The position numbers and the translations under genes were made by a program. The notes beneath the pieces are model-generated. The model had not been told where the DNA came from. It was given only the letters and a program-made list of their open reading frames with translations, and made no database searches. Positions 1 through 12,539 of a stretch of 64,000 nt of DNA are shown here, piece by piece. How positions within the stretch are numbered: the first letter of the stretch is position 1; every line of letters begins with the position of its first letter. Source of the stretch: Squalus acanthias (Eukaryota); NCBI GenBank assembly GCA_030390025.1, contig CM059432.1, positions 68,884,001 to 68,948,000 on the forward strand, given 5' to 3'.

Positions 1-233
1 GCTTGTGAGAGATTTAAAATTACTGAAATATTTTAAATTTATTATCAACAGTAAATTACTGCACATAAATGTGGATGATAATATTTGTGTAGCTCGGTAG
101 TAAAGTCCTACTATTTGCGCATTCTTTTCCAACTTACTGCAATCTCCTCTCTGTCCTCTCTTCAAGGAGCTGATGGTCAGCTAGGGTACAGTTCTTAAGG
201 AATGATTGGGGAACTAAACAGAAGATAGAAGAG

Positions 234-734
234 TTGTGTGGTGTCGTGGTCGCTGTTCGCAGCAAATTACCCAGCTGTCAGGAGAACAGCGACCACGACA
301 CCACACAACCCTGCCACGGCAACCTCTGCAAGACATGCCAGATCATGAACACAGATACCGTCATCACACGTGAGGACACTACCCACCAGGTACATGGTAC
401 ATACTCATGTGACTCGGCCAACGTTGTCTACCTGATACGTTGCAGGAAAGGATGCCCCAGAGCATGGTACATCGGCGAGACCATACAAACACTGAGACAA
501 CGTATGAACGGACACCGCGCAACAATCGCCAGGCAGGAGTATTCCCTCCCAGTCGGGGAACACTTCAGCAGTCAAGGACATTCAGCCTCCGATCTTCGGG
601 TAAGCGTTCTCCAAGGCGGCCTTTGAGACACACGACAACGCAAAATCATCGAGCAGAAACTGATAGCCAAGTTCCGCACCCATGAGGACGGCCTCAATAG
701 GGATATCGGGTTCATGTCACGCTACAGAACGTGA
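234..734 (+). pseudogene. GIY-YIG endonuclease C-terminal fragment of a Penelope-like ORF
   Basis: ORF 234-626 stops at TGA (probably CGA>TGA). The same frame continues DTRQRKIIEQKLIAKFRTHEDGLNRDIGFMSRYRT* to 734, including the conserved E and GLN motifs. Confidence 0.85.
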
Positions 735-978
735 CTCGACATCGTTGTCTGTCTTTCCAGTTTTTAAAAAAAACACAAAAAAAACAAACACAAAAAAAAC
801 ACAAAAAAAAACTGCAGACAGCAGGATTTGACATGTTGGACCCCCTGTGACACATCTCATTGTCTTGGCTGTGCTCTTGGTGTGTCTTTGATGTAAGGAC
901 ACCTTCCCTGAAAGATTGTATCTCTGCAGTTTCTGTGTTTATATACTGTGAAATATTGTAGATTCACTCATTGTAACT

Positions 979-1016
979 TTACCTGAGGAAGGGGCGACAG
1001 CTCCGAAAGCTTGTAA
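979..1016 (+). ncRNA. Minimal type I hammerhead ribozyme motif
   Basis: UUAC-CUGAGGA-A-GGGGC-GACA-GCUCC-GAAA-GC-UU-GUAA: conserved core boxes, 5-bp stem II, stem I UUAC/GUAA and palindromic AAGCUU in place of stem III. It sits in the Penelope 3' end. Confidence 0.75.
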
Positions 1017-1068
1017 TTTTAAATAAATCTGTTGGACTATAACCTGGTGTTGTGCGACTTCTCATTTT

Positions 1069-1505
1069 TGAGTCAGAAGGTTGTGGGTTCAAGTCCTGCT
1101 CCAGAGACTTGAGCACACAAATCTAGGCTGACACTCCAGTGCAGTACTGAGGGAGCGCTGCACTGTCAGAGGTGCTGTCTTTTGGATGAGACGTTAAACC
1201 GAGGCCCAGTCTGCTCTCTCAGGTGGACGTAAAAGATCCCATGGCACTATTTCGAAGAAGAACAGGGGAGTTATCTCCAGTGTCCTGGCCAATACTTATC
1301 CCTCAATCAACATCACTAAAACAGATTATCTGGTCATTATCACATTGCTGTTTGTGGGAGCTTGCTGTGCGCAAATTGGCTGCCTCGTTTCCTACATTAC
1401 AACAGTGACTACACTTTAAAAAGTACTTCATTGGCTGTAAAGCGCTTTGAGATGTCTAGTGGTTGTGAAAGGCGCTGTAGAAATGCAAGTCTTCCTTCCT
1501 TCTTC
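1069..1505 (+). mobile_element. Deu-domain SINE (SacSINE1/AmnSINE-like), head partly truncated
   Basis: B-box GGTTCAAGTCC, central GCAGTACTGAGGGAG..GATGAGACGTTAAACCGAGG..GATCCCATGGCACTATT core and L2-like tail. Near-identical copies recur at 29946, 31162 and 52311. Confidence 0.8.
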
Positions 1506-2716
1506 CATTGTAGAACACATTTCAGGTAACAATTGTATTCAAAATGACTGCAGCTAGAGACTGGAATCCTGGATTACAGCACAAAGTAGAATTGTAGATT
1601 TTTTTTGAGAATTGCACCTCAAGATATCTTACCCTGAACTGTATAATTTCCTCAATTAATAAACACTATAACTGATTTTGTAAGATAATGACAGTAAGAT
1701 TTTTTTTTAATTTGCTCTGAGCTTTTCAGAACTCCCCAATGTAAAAAATGTTTCCTTAACAAAGTTAACATTTCTTGTGAGGATAATGAAGAAAGCTGTC
1801 ACCAGTCTGTTTCCTTGATTCTGTGCATTGCACAGGCCAATTTTTGGAACATTGACGCAACAGCATTTTGCAATAACATCAGTTTTTTCCTGTTTGACGT
1901 GGAAGAACTAATTCCACTACAATGACTCATTCACTCATGGGCCAAATTAGTGAATTAAATCTACTTTCTGTGGCATTCCTGACTTAATTACTTTAACAGT
2001 TGCATTTACTTAGCAAAATATTTCACAAGAGAAGCAAGCAGATTGATGTGCAAGTCTGGGCATTGTTCAAGACAATGAATAGATTTGATTTCAACCCAGT
2101 CCTAGGGTACTAATTATTTGAAGTTACTTCAGAAATAGAAAAATTAGCTCATGCCAATTGGACTAGTATGTAACATCTGATCTGATCCTTCACGTAGTTA
2201 CCTGTTTCCTCTCTGCTGGCTGACTGACTATAATGTAAGATGGGAAATAATAAAAATATAAAATGACCCATTTTATTCTCCATTTTATCTTATTTTCCTG
2301 TCTATGATTTTTACTCTCCAAATTTCTGAAGGCAGTGAGTTATGCTGGAACATGGTTACACGAGTGCTAACAGCCATCATGGCCAAATGGCCTGTCTTCA
2401 TTTCAGCCCATTAAGTCTGTGCTAGTGTTTTTTCCACATGAGCCACCTAATCCCACTCTCCTGCTTGTTGCCATATCCTTAAATATTCCTCTTTTCAACT
2501 AATGGCAGAGGCCATAAGATGCCCTGCTACAGCACAATTTGGCCCAGTAACTTTTCAGTCTTTATAGATGCATTTAAATATAGATTATTTTTATTGGGAT
2601 TGAGACTTCGTTATGTGAGGCAGAACTGTTTATTGATATTAGTGTTGATATTAATGCAGGTGCTCATTGCTATCTGCTGCCCAAAGTCTCTGTTCTGTAC
2701 AGTACAGCAATGATAT

Positions 2717-3498
2717 GGGCCAGAATTTGCTGTAGCAGGGCATCTAATGGCATCTGCTGTTAGTTAGACTTGCCCCTGCACCCTTCAGCTCAATTTTATT
2801 TTTGCCCACTAAGTTGCTGGAAGTGTGAGCTGATAATGGCACAATGAGGGAATCAGGGCATCTGGGACCTGAGTGAACAGGGCAACCAACAGGGTATCTC
2901 CTTAACCAATTACATTTAAGGACTGGGAAATAAATATTGGAAGGACTGAAAAGGAGGGTGAGTTAAAGGGGGTGAATTCAATGTCAACTCAGGTAGAGAA
3001 AGAGAAATAAAGAGAGGGAAAGAAGGATTGGACTGAGAGAAAAAAGAGACAGAAAGGAAAAGTAAGAATTACTTTTTTTTTTGGCATTTTTAAAATCTTC
3101 TAAAACAATTCACAACCAAAAGGAAGGAGACTACACAATTGTAATAGTTCATTGTCAGTGCCAGAGAAGTTGATTGGCAGTCATAAACACTTATTACGTC
3201 GTTAAAAGGGTACTTACACTTGTAATTACTAGCCTTAAATCTCTGCGGCAAGTTTAGTTTGTATCAACCACGAAAACACAGCAATTTCATGACATTCAAT
3301 GCATTTCCATGCTGAGGCAGACAGCGAGATGCTGTTTTTGCAAAGCTAACAGTGGAGCAGCACAACTCAGACAGCAACTTTTGGATTTCTGCGTTTAAAC
3401 GTGCGTCTGCCCCTGGACTGAAGTTGCTGTACCATTTATGCATAAATAATGATGAGCGCCATTAGCCTCACTGTTATTTTGACAGCAAAATATGGTCC
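2717..3498. mobile_element. Non-autonomous Harbinger-type MITE
   Basis: Imperfect TIRs GGGCCAGAATTTGCTGT / GGACCATATTTTGCTGT (rc). No coding capacity. Flanks TAT/ATT are not a clean TSD. Confidence 0.6.
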
Positions 3499-4321
3499 AT
3501 TATGTGTAACCAGATAAGTATAAATGATCATTGTCAGAGTCCTGACTGCATATCCCACTGGTTCTTAAAGAGACCAGTCTCCCATCCCATCTCCAATCAG
3601 GATAAAGGAATGTTACAATTGCCACAGATGCTGTCTGGAATGTTTGGCCAATTGGAGCCAGGAATTCTTTCTCTATGGCACATCTCAAGGTGGTGCAAAA
3701 ATTGAAAAATGGAGGCATACCACTTCAGCTATGCCACTGTCAAAGTGTTCTTTGTGGCAATGCAAGGACGAAATCTGTCTGATGACAAAATCTGTCTGAC
3801 ACTGAAGGTGGAAAAGAATTCCTTTGGTGCCACATAAATGCAAATGTATTGTCTCCCTCAACAGTACAGAGTTGAAATATCGCTCATGGGAGGCATAAAG
3901 AAACTGATTGATTTTCTCTGCTGCCACCACAATTTCTTTCAGTTCTTTTTTCTTAAAACCACACATTATGCTGTCAAGGTACACATGGAATAATGGCTAA
4001 CATTATTCTGAACAGATTTACAATATTGGGTTCCACCTCTCTCACATGCATGTCAGGGGCACTGCACCAGAAGCTCACTGAAAATAAATCAATAAAAATA
4101 TAACTCTGAAACCATTTGCAAAGAGGCTCCCAACAAAAATGAATGAGTGATGTACCAACATTTTTTTTATCTTCCTTAGTATAAATAATCGTCTTAAAAA
4201 TATCTTTTAACTAACTTAGAGCCTTGTAAAATGTATACAGCAAAACAGTTATTCCTATTGAATTGCACAAAAAAGCTAATTTTTTGAATTGATTTCTCTC
4301 CCTGTGTGAAGAAGAGAGAAA

Positions 4322-4465
4322 GAACTTGCATCTATATAGCACCTAAGGATATATCAAAGCATTTCACAGCCAATTAATTACTTCTTTGAAGTATAGACAC
4401 TGTCATAGTGTAGGCAAATGCAGTAGCCAAGGTCCCACAAATAGGAAATGAGATAAATGACCAGT
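4322..4465 (-). mobile_element. Deu-SINE 3' tail fragment
   Basis: Reverse-complement similarity to the tail of the SINE at 1069-1505. Confidence 0.65.
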
Positions 4466-4977
4466 CAAAAGCAAAATACTGCAGATGCTGGAAATCTGAA
4501 ATAAAAACAGAAAATGCTGGAAATACTCAGCAGGTCAGGCAGCATCTGTGGAGAGAGAAACAGAGTTAACGTTTCAGGTCGATGACCCTTTGTCAGAACT
4601 GGAAAAAGCTGGAGATGGAACAGGTTTTTAAGCAAGTGTAGGGGCAGGGAAAGGGGGGAGGGGAGGAAAGAACAAAAGGGAAGGTCTGTGATAGGATGGA
4701 ACGCAGGAGAGATTAAGAGACAAAAGGGATGATGGTGCAAGGCAAAAGGAGATGGTAATGGGGCAAGTTAAGAAACAAAAGATGGCTCTAGCTGAAGTGT
4801 AAATGGCAATGGCAGAATGATCGACAGCTGCCATGTGAGAGAGAGAGAAAAAATGGAAAAAAAAGATAGGAGCAGAGGTTATGGTCTGAAATTGTTGAAC
4901 TCAATGTTGAGTCCAGAAGGCTGTAAAGTGCCTAATTGAAAGATGAGGTGCTATTCCTCGAGCTTACGTTGAGCTCA
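4466..4977 (-). mobile_element. Penelope-like element 3' end (second family)
   Basis: The minus strand encodes RKLEE*HLIFQLGTLQPSGLNIEFNNFR (GIY-YIG C-terminus), homologous to 48720-48800. The terminal repeat sequence is shared with 30440, 43265, 52250, 56950 and 61795. Confidence 0.8.
4564..4600 (-). ncRNA. Hammerhead ribozyme motif, core-mutated
   Basis: Minus strand reads AGUU-CUGACAA-A-GGGUC-AUC-GACCU-GAAA-CG-UU-AACU. All stems are present but G8 is A (CpG decay). Confidence 0.65.
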
Positions 4978-4998
4978 ACTCAGTAGAGAGAGAACTAT

Positions 4999-6751
4999 GG
5001 CCGTGATCTTGCTGGCGCTCAGAGTGTGGGTTTGGAGGCGGGTCTGCTGTCAAAATCGAAATGTTTGACAGCGGGTTGGGGGTCCGCTCCGAACCCGCCT
5101 CCATGTAAGTTTCCAAAGTGTCGGGTCTGTGATTTCAGAACAGACCTGACACCAAGCGGCGGGGGAGGCATTTAAGATAGTTAAATACTTGTTAAATGCT
5201 TGTTAACGACTATTTTGCCAGCCTATTTCTAATTTACCACTTTTTTAACGAGGTTCACGTCGTTCGGAGATCACGTCAGGTAAGTAGGTCGGGTTCTCTA
5301 TGTCTCCCCATTGCTGTGAATAGGTGACAGCTGCAAAGGTGGTCTGAAAGCTACCATTTCACAGCTGGTCACTTTCCAATGTAAGAAGCTTGAGCCTTCA
5401 GGATTGGAAGACACTTTTGAGCTGTATGCAGTTTGGAAGTGTTTGGAGTAAACTCTCTATCCACTCTCACCTCCTTGGAGCAAGCTCTCTCACCATTGAC
5501 AGATCACTTCTGTCATCTCAACTTCAGCTGCCATCTATTCCAGCAACATCAGTGCCCTTGAAAAAATCTCACCATGCTCCTCTGAATCCCTCCACAATCA
5601 GTTCCAACACCAACATCGCCAGTCACACCAACATCACCAACAACACCAACCTTCTCCGCAATCACCTGATGCTGCACAGGACACAGGACATCAGCACCCG
5701 ACCACATTGCTGCCCGGGAGGCCAGTGATGGTAACACCATGGCCAGATTTACTTCATTTGATGCTGTACAACCCTGGCTCCAGGTTGACACCACCCCACA
5801 CCAGCACCATAAAGCATCCCTACAATGTCCAAGCCATTCATTTCACACTCATCACAATTGGGGGTGGGGGGAGGGAAAATTATGTCTCAACATTCACTGG
5901 AACTCACTAAGACACTGCCAAAAGTGAGCACAGATCTGTCCAATAAGGTAAAGTGTTGAAAATATAGATTTCAATGTTTGACAACACATTAACAGAAACT
6001 TCACATGAACATTGGCTAAACCACCCAGGTGCCTATCCTTGTGTGTTGTAGCTCATATGCTTGCAGTAGGTTGAGGGTGAGTGTGAGGGGTGGCTAGTGA
6101 GATGGGGAAGTGATAATGTAGATAGAGAGGGATGGGTGGAGGTGCAAGTTGAGTTGGTGTGAGTAAGGATGTGCAGGAGTAGGGTAGGGAAGGCAGAGTG
6201 ATGGGGATGTGATGAGTGGCACAGCAGGATGAGGTTGAGTGTGGCTTTGCAGTAACGTTTCATGATCTACTGAGATCATTGAAAGGTTTGCGCCATTGCA
6301 GCCGGGTCCTCCTGATGACATACCTGCTTTTGCCCTCCTGTGCAATGTGCAACCAGGCTGCGTTGATCTCCTGGGGAGGTCTCTTCCACCAATGGGAAGG
6401 GAAGAGAACCTCCCTGTGTGTTGTGACTCCCTCCATAAGCATATGGTTGGGAGTCATGGGAGAGCCTGGGTGCAGCTGTGCACCTCTGTGCAGTGATTGT
6501 CAGTGTTTGTAGCACCTCAATGCTGTAGAATACTGACAGCACAACTGTCGAGATCAATTTGGACATGCATCAGCAAATGACGTCATCAGATCTGCTTCTT
6601 ATTAATTGGCCGGGAACCTCGCAGGGCGGGCTTAACAAGCCCAATCAACGAAAAATCGCTTGGAGAGTGCGGGCTGCAGTAGGCAGCGGGCTGGGACCGC
6701 GACACCGACCCAGGCTGCCCCCAACCCGTTTTGATCGGCAAAATCGAGGCC
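4999..6751. mobile_element. Internally deleted PIF/Harbinger element (non-autonomous)
   Basis: TIRs GGCCGTGATCTTGC / GGCCTCGATTTTGC (rc) and perfect TAT TSD (4996-4998, 6752-6754). Contains a Myb-like exon remnant on minus (~6260-6500) and a transposase C-terminus-like remnant (AAREASDGNTMARF, ~5708-5750). Inverted homolog at 43788-46385. Confidence 0.88.
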
Positions 6752-7275
6752 TATCAACTAAGCCAAGCTATCACTATGTAACTTGCCTTGTGACACTTCT
6801 CAGATTAATAAAGTGAGCAGATAACCTGCTCTTGGACTTCCAGCAGTTCTCCTCTAGAACCAGTACTTTCCCAAGCGTCACTGTGGGAGGTGGCTAATTT
6901 CTAAAATACCTGCTAGGGAACAGGTCAAGAGCAACCTAACTTATGGGCAAAGAATGAAAAGTAGCTTAGGAAGACTAAAAAATGGACTACAAGTTAATTC
7001 TAAATAGTTATGATGGGAGAACTGGTAGGACACTGTCCTTTCGCCTACAGGATTAGATCTGAATCCGACTCAGACAGATGGGATATCAAATATAAAGGTC
7101 CTATATGAAAAAATCCAGTTCCTAGTGTGTATGGATTTTGTTTTTGCTCTGAAACATACAGAAACTATCAACATGGTTCACAACACAATAGTCTTCAAAC
7201 CAAATTGCTGAGAAATTAAATAAGTAGAGCTTCTGTTACCCCAATATTAATTGCACACTCGCCCCAAAACATATA

Positions 7276-8665
7276 GGCCTAGAATCTCGATTGCGGCCAA
7301 ATATGGGCTTGCAGGGAGCAGGGCATACATTGCACTCACCTGTTAGTGTTGCCGCAGGCAGTATGTAATAATCGTGCTGCCTGCTCATTATCATGAGTCA
7401 GGTGTGCAGCCAATGCCCCCCGTGCTATTCATTGGCTGCACAGCTGTTTGGGGGAGCTGACTATTGGGCATCTCTGACACCACTTAAAGGCAGCCAGCAC
7501 CTTTTATAGTGGAGGTGCACTCTGGCTGCAGAAAACAGGGAAACCTTGCAAAAAGAAAAATGGCTGCAAGACCTGTAATTCAGGTCCCCAGGTTCTCAAA
7601 TGTTGCCTTGAAGGCCCCGGTGCAGGCAGTGTACAGTTGGAGGGAGATCCTCTTCCTCCAGGGGTCAGACAGCCCTCCAGGCAACAACTCCACCACTAGT
7701 GTGAAGTGGTCGCTGAGTAAGTCAATGCCAGGAGCTTAGCACCAAGGGCATGGCTGCAATACTACAAAAAGTTCAATGACCGCACCAAAATTATCAAGGT
7801 AAGAATACTACTCTCTTACTCTCTGCTCACATCTTCATCATCCCCAGCCTCACTACTCACAATACTCCCTTCCCCCGCTTCCCGTCACTCTCCTATAATC
7901 ACTGCACCACACTTCACTCCATCTCCTTCTCCTCATAATCACACACTCGCCACATTTGCAACCCTTACTTCCCCACATCTCACATCTTATAAACTGTATA
8001 CCAGCTATTCCACCATGCTAGGCACATTCTCTAAACACCTCACAAGACTGTCACTAACACACTCCTTTCTTTCTTGCATGAGAAGGTCTCACACAACTCC
8101 TGACAGCACGCTGTCAGTGGAAGAGACCGAGCCTGCCTGCACATGCTCTCCCCCCTCAAAGAATCCATGCTGGCCATCATGGGCAGGGTCAGAGTCATGG
8201 CCATGGTGAGTGGCAATGCTGGAGGAGACTCATGCAGGGTGTCTTCACACCTAATCCTCGTTTCCCTTGTTACTTCTATCTCACCCTACACACTATGCAT
8301 GACAAACTGCAGATGCCTTCACTACCCACCTCTCTCTGCTCTCCTTTCATACTAAAAGCTAACCCTTGTCCTCCTCTTTCATTTCAGGTGCTGAAGAAGT
8401 GGACATACCTCTGCCACTTTAGGAAGAGGAGGCCAGCCTTCCTGATGATGCAGCATCCCTTGATCTCACCCTCGCAAGTACCAGCTTAGATACTGGCACC
8501 ATGCATACTTTAGAGGCTAGGCTAGAGGAGGGGTCTTCACGAGGTGAATCACCGGCCACAATTGTGCAGGAGCTAGGGCAGGGGGAGAGGATGCCTCAGG
8601 TACCAGCTCATTGGAGGGCGAGATCACATACTAGCTAGACTGTAGTGGACTCAGATACTGACTTC
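7276..8665 (+). mobile_element. Truncated Harbinger element with degenerate Myb/SANT-like gene
   Basis: Starts GGCCTAGAATCT. Encodes MAARPVIQVPRFSNVALKA...REILF and KKFND..KIIK|gtaag, with decayed exon 2/3 homologs. No right TIR seen. Confidence 0.7.
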
Positions 8666-10089
8666 GGTACAAGTGGGTTAAGCATTTGTACAGTAACAAC
8701 ACCAACAGTAATTCCTAGCTTAATATTTCTTAATTCCCATTGTTCCATGAATGCACTCAAACTATTCCACTTTAATTAGGTTTTTATTTGGCTGACATTC
8801 TCAAAGGGTTAAAAGGAAAGAAAATAGCATGCGAGCCAAACACTGAGATTGAAATGGCAGAGAGTTCCAAGTTTCAGAGAAACCGATTGAAATCCAGGTG
8901 ACCTTCAGTCCAGGTGGGATCATTGCTTCATATTTAATCACTTGCTACTAGAATTTCAATAAATTCATCAATTTAATTTGAAAAGTTTTATTTACCACAA
9001 AGAGCTTTAAAACATGTTTGTGATTCCATTCAGCCAACTGGTTGCTTTATAACTCATGATAAATCAAGTCGTAAGCACCACCCAATCTGAATTCGGTATT
9101 GGCGGTGCGAGACGACCTGTTATTCAGCGAGGAAACTGGCATTCTGAACAGCTAATTCCTTAGTTTCTCACCTCATGCAGTGCTTGACTGGCACATTAAA
9201 AAAAACACACAAGTAATAAAAAGCCTTGATTTATAGTTCTCTATTTATATATGGAATAATGATAACTATGAACAAGTTATATGGCTCTTTTCAGGTTGAG
9301 AGATTCAAATGGCATGTATAAACTGTGAGGGCAAAATGTTAGTCATCCAAAGCCTGATATTAGATTACAAACTTGACTTCTTCTGTATCATGTTATATAC
9401 TGCTTATTTTGGTAGTTACAGCTTTGTAAGTATGGGGCAAAATGCATTGGAGGGCCAAAATGTGGTGTCCTGAGTTTCTCCATGCCGCTTAATTCCTGAT
9501 TTCAGATGCAATGCTGTGCGGAGTCTTTGAACAGAGTTCAAGAGTCTCCACACGGAGGGCTGAATAAAAAGCAGGGTCATCCCAAGACCACTTTAATGCA
9601 CCTCCTAGCAGTCAACCAAGAGAGGTATTGACAAAGGTTTGAGAGCGTTCAGGTTCCATGTCCTCTTAACCACAGGAGGTGGAACGCCTCAGGAAAATAA
9701 ATTTAAAATGATCATTAATGAGAAAATCTAACGGTCCACTTTTTCTGATTGATGTTACTTAAATGCCAATGGTGACCTATTGAAATATCTCAGATTGGAA
9801 AAATCTAGGCCTAGAAATTGAATAAGGCCAGAAAACGGGCGGGGAACATAGCGCTTCACGCTGTTCAAAGTGGTGCAGGCAGCACACAAAATTCATGCAG
9901 CCTGGTCATTACCATGATTGCAGCGCTGATCTCAGCGCTAAACGTGCTGCTGATTGGCTTAGTGCTGAACAAGTGGGCCAATATCGGGTGTAGTCTACTG
10001 GCCAATAAAGTTTGGCCTAGGCTCTCTGCACTACTTAAAGGGGAAGTGCTTTGTAGCAGAAGCACCTCATTGTCATTTTGTAGAAACCC

Positions 10090-11876
10090 ATGGCCCAACA
10101 GCCAAGAGAAAGGGTGAGGAGATTTTCAGATGTGGCACTGGAGGTTCAAAAACACCGTCAGGGGCAGGAGGCTTTCAAGGCAGAACAGCAGAAGGCTGTG
10201 GGAGGAGATTGCTGAAGCCGTCAGTGCGATGAGTCTTGTCCCCAGAACGTGGATCCAGTGCTGCAAAAAGTTTAATGACCTCACACGAGTGGTCAAGGTC
10301 ACTCACCTACCAACAATCTCTACCTATCACCACTCATACTTCATAATCATGGCTTCACTTCACCCTCACAACCTTACCAATGCTGCAACACTCACATCTC
10401 ACATCTTGCACACACTGACAGCTATTCAACTATGGCAGGCACATCACCCAAACACATTGCACTAAACTCACGGACACACTTCCCTTTCAGTTGCAGGCAA
10501 AGGTGGCACATAACAGGAGGGAGCAACAGCAGACGGGAGGCAGCCAAGCCACAATACAGAACCTCATTAACCTGGAGATATTGGTTCTTGAAATTATTGG
10601 AGGGGCAGTGACGGAGTCTGTAGCCAGCAGAGAAGTTGAAAGCATTGCTAATGACGATGGTATGGTTATACCTAATCTTTCTTCTCACATCCCACTTCCC
10701 CCTCATCCTACAATCTCTTCTCAATTATAAGCTGCTGATGGTGTCTGCATGGATGTCTTGTTTTCCCCCCTCCCTTCACCACAACCTGATCCTTGTGCCT
10801 TTCTGCTTTCAGATAGCCAAGAACTGCCAGCAGGTCAGCCTGTCCTGCATCTTGAGCAAACAGAAGGAGGAGATGAACAAGAAGAAGAAGAAGAAGAGAC
10901 ACCGGCGCTGCATTTGACACTCGCAGACACCAGCTCAGAAAATGGAATTTAGAGGGTAGTACAGAGGCGGGACCTGCACATGGTGAGTCACCGGGCACAA
11001 GTGGGCTGCAGCCAGGCCTGGGGAAAGGGTAGCTCGGGTACCAGCTCTGCTCCATATGACTCAGATGATGACCTCGATGGGGCGGCCTTCAGAAGAAGGG
11101 TGATGGGCATGCACACAGAAATGCTAGGTGCAATGGCAAGCCTGCCAGAGAGCCTCTTGTCAGTGTCAAGGAGCATGGAGGAGTCCGGCTCTAACATTGG
11201 ACAGGGCTTTACGCAGAGCTTGGAGCCCATGATTTCCAGGATGGAAATGATAGACAACTCCAGGAGAGACCTTGTGGTCCCAGCCAAGATGTTGCATGTG
11301 ATGGGCAATGTTGCGGCTTCCATTGCAGCACAGGCAGAAGCGACCCAACATCTCAGTGCTACAGTGGAAGTACAGACTGCTCTACTGCAGGCTCAGCTTG
11401 CTGCCACGCAAGCTCTGACTGCTGCCATCTTCGCTGGGCTTATGAGTGTCGAAAGGGGCTTGCAGGGTGTTGCAGAAGGTCAGCAGTCTGTCCTCCAACA
11501 GATTACTAGGAATGCTGAGGCGCCACCCCTGGGTAGTGGCAGTGGGTCTGTGGAGCAAGAACCTGCTGTCCTCTCTCAGGATGACAGCATTCCTACTCCC
11601 ACCACTGCCACTCCACTATTGCCCTTGCCGCTGCCTATCAGCCAGCCAGCCCAGACTGCTGCCGCCCATGCCGAGGTGATGCAGTCTACAGCCTGGCCTT
11701 CTGGGTCCACAGCTGGTCAAGATCGTTGTTCAAGGCCATCTGTAGTCTCCCCCACCGAAAATCAGCAGCCTTCCACCAGCTGTTCAGCAGCCACAGGGGG
11801 AGCACTGTGTAGGAGCACTAGAATAGGAAAAGGCACACAAAAGACAGTTACTAAGGCAATGCACACGGGTGAATAG
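10090..11876 (+). pseudogene. Three-exon Myb/SANT-like Harbinger accessory gene, frameshifted (exons 10090-10297, 10497-10659, 10813-11876)
   Basis: MAQQPRERVRRFSDVALE...LWEEIAEAVSAMSLVPRTWIQCCKKFNDLTRVVK|gt; ag|AKVAHNRREQQQTGG; 163-nt exon 2. Exon 3 is homologous to 21456-22435. Frameshifts in exons 1 and 3. Confidence 0.85.
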
Positions 11877-12049
11877 TTGATATTGTAATTTTGTTTGCAT
11901 TCGGATAAATTTATGATTTTTGTTTGGAATGTGTGTTTTGTGGTGGCTCATTTCAGCTTTGTGCCCAGGAGGACGCTGTGATGTTCGTGACAGAGGGATG
12001 TTATCTTGGGGAAGTGGTGAGCAATGGGGATCTAGGGTTTCATTCACTA

Positions 12050-12385
12050 GAATCAGAGTCTGAAGAAGCACTCATGGACAGCCCATCTGGAACGGGGATT
12101 TGCTGCCTGCCTCCCCCCTCCCCCCTCCCTCCTCTTCCTTTTCCTCCTCCTTGTCCTTGTCCTTGTCCTCTTCCTCATCCTCTTCCTCCTCTTCTCCCTC
12201 CTCCTCCTGGTGGCAAGGGCTGCGCCCTCATGATGGCCAAGTTGTAGAACATGCAGCAGACCACCACGAAATGGGACACCCACTCTGACGAGTACTGGAG
12301 GGCTCCTCCTGAGTGGTCAAGGCAGCGGAACCGTTGCTTAAGCACCCCGATGGTCTGCTCGATAATGACATCTCCTGCATGGCCA
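12050..12385 (-). pseudogene. Harbinger transposase C-terminal remnant
   Basis: Minus strand IEQTIGVLKQRFRCLDHSGGALQYS...CMFYNLAIMRAQPLPPG plus an acidic run matches the C-terminus of the ORF at 20001-21161. Confidence 0.88.
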
Positions 12386-12539
12386 TGGTCATGGCCTGGA
12401 TAGACTCATTTGAGAGCCGTGCTTGAAGCTCCATCATTTAGTCGTGGCAAAGTCACAATCTTGACAATCACCATACTCAGTCTTCTCATAGGTCAGTCAT
12501 TGATGAAATAAAGTCAGCATATGTGTGTCAGAGATATTT

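Larger units (their letters stand above)
234..1068 (+). mobile_element. Penelope-like retroelement, 5'-truncated 3' end (GIY-YIG endonuclease region plus 3' terminal sequence)
   Basis: Translation gives CHGNLCKTC...NVVYLIRC...WYIGET..TLRQRMNGHR, the Cys-rich linker plus GIY-YIG domain typical of Penelope-like elements. It is followed by a hammerhead motif and AATAAA. Confidence 0.9.
9808..12385. mobile_element. Truncated Harbinger element (Myb-like pseudogene plus convergent transposase 3' remnant)
   Basis: Starts GGCCTAGAAATT. Same convergent two-gene layout as 19488-23635, in the opposite orientation. Confidence 0.85.

Noticed and set aside
3685..3984. 99-aa minus-strand ORF as a possible host exon
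   Set aside because: No recognisable domain or convincing splice context. The same applies to 14120-14350 and 29558-29830.
10980..11876. Stand-alone 298-aa protein
   Set aside because: It is exon 3 of a frameshifted transposon Myb-like gene.
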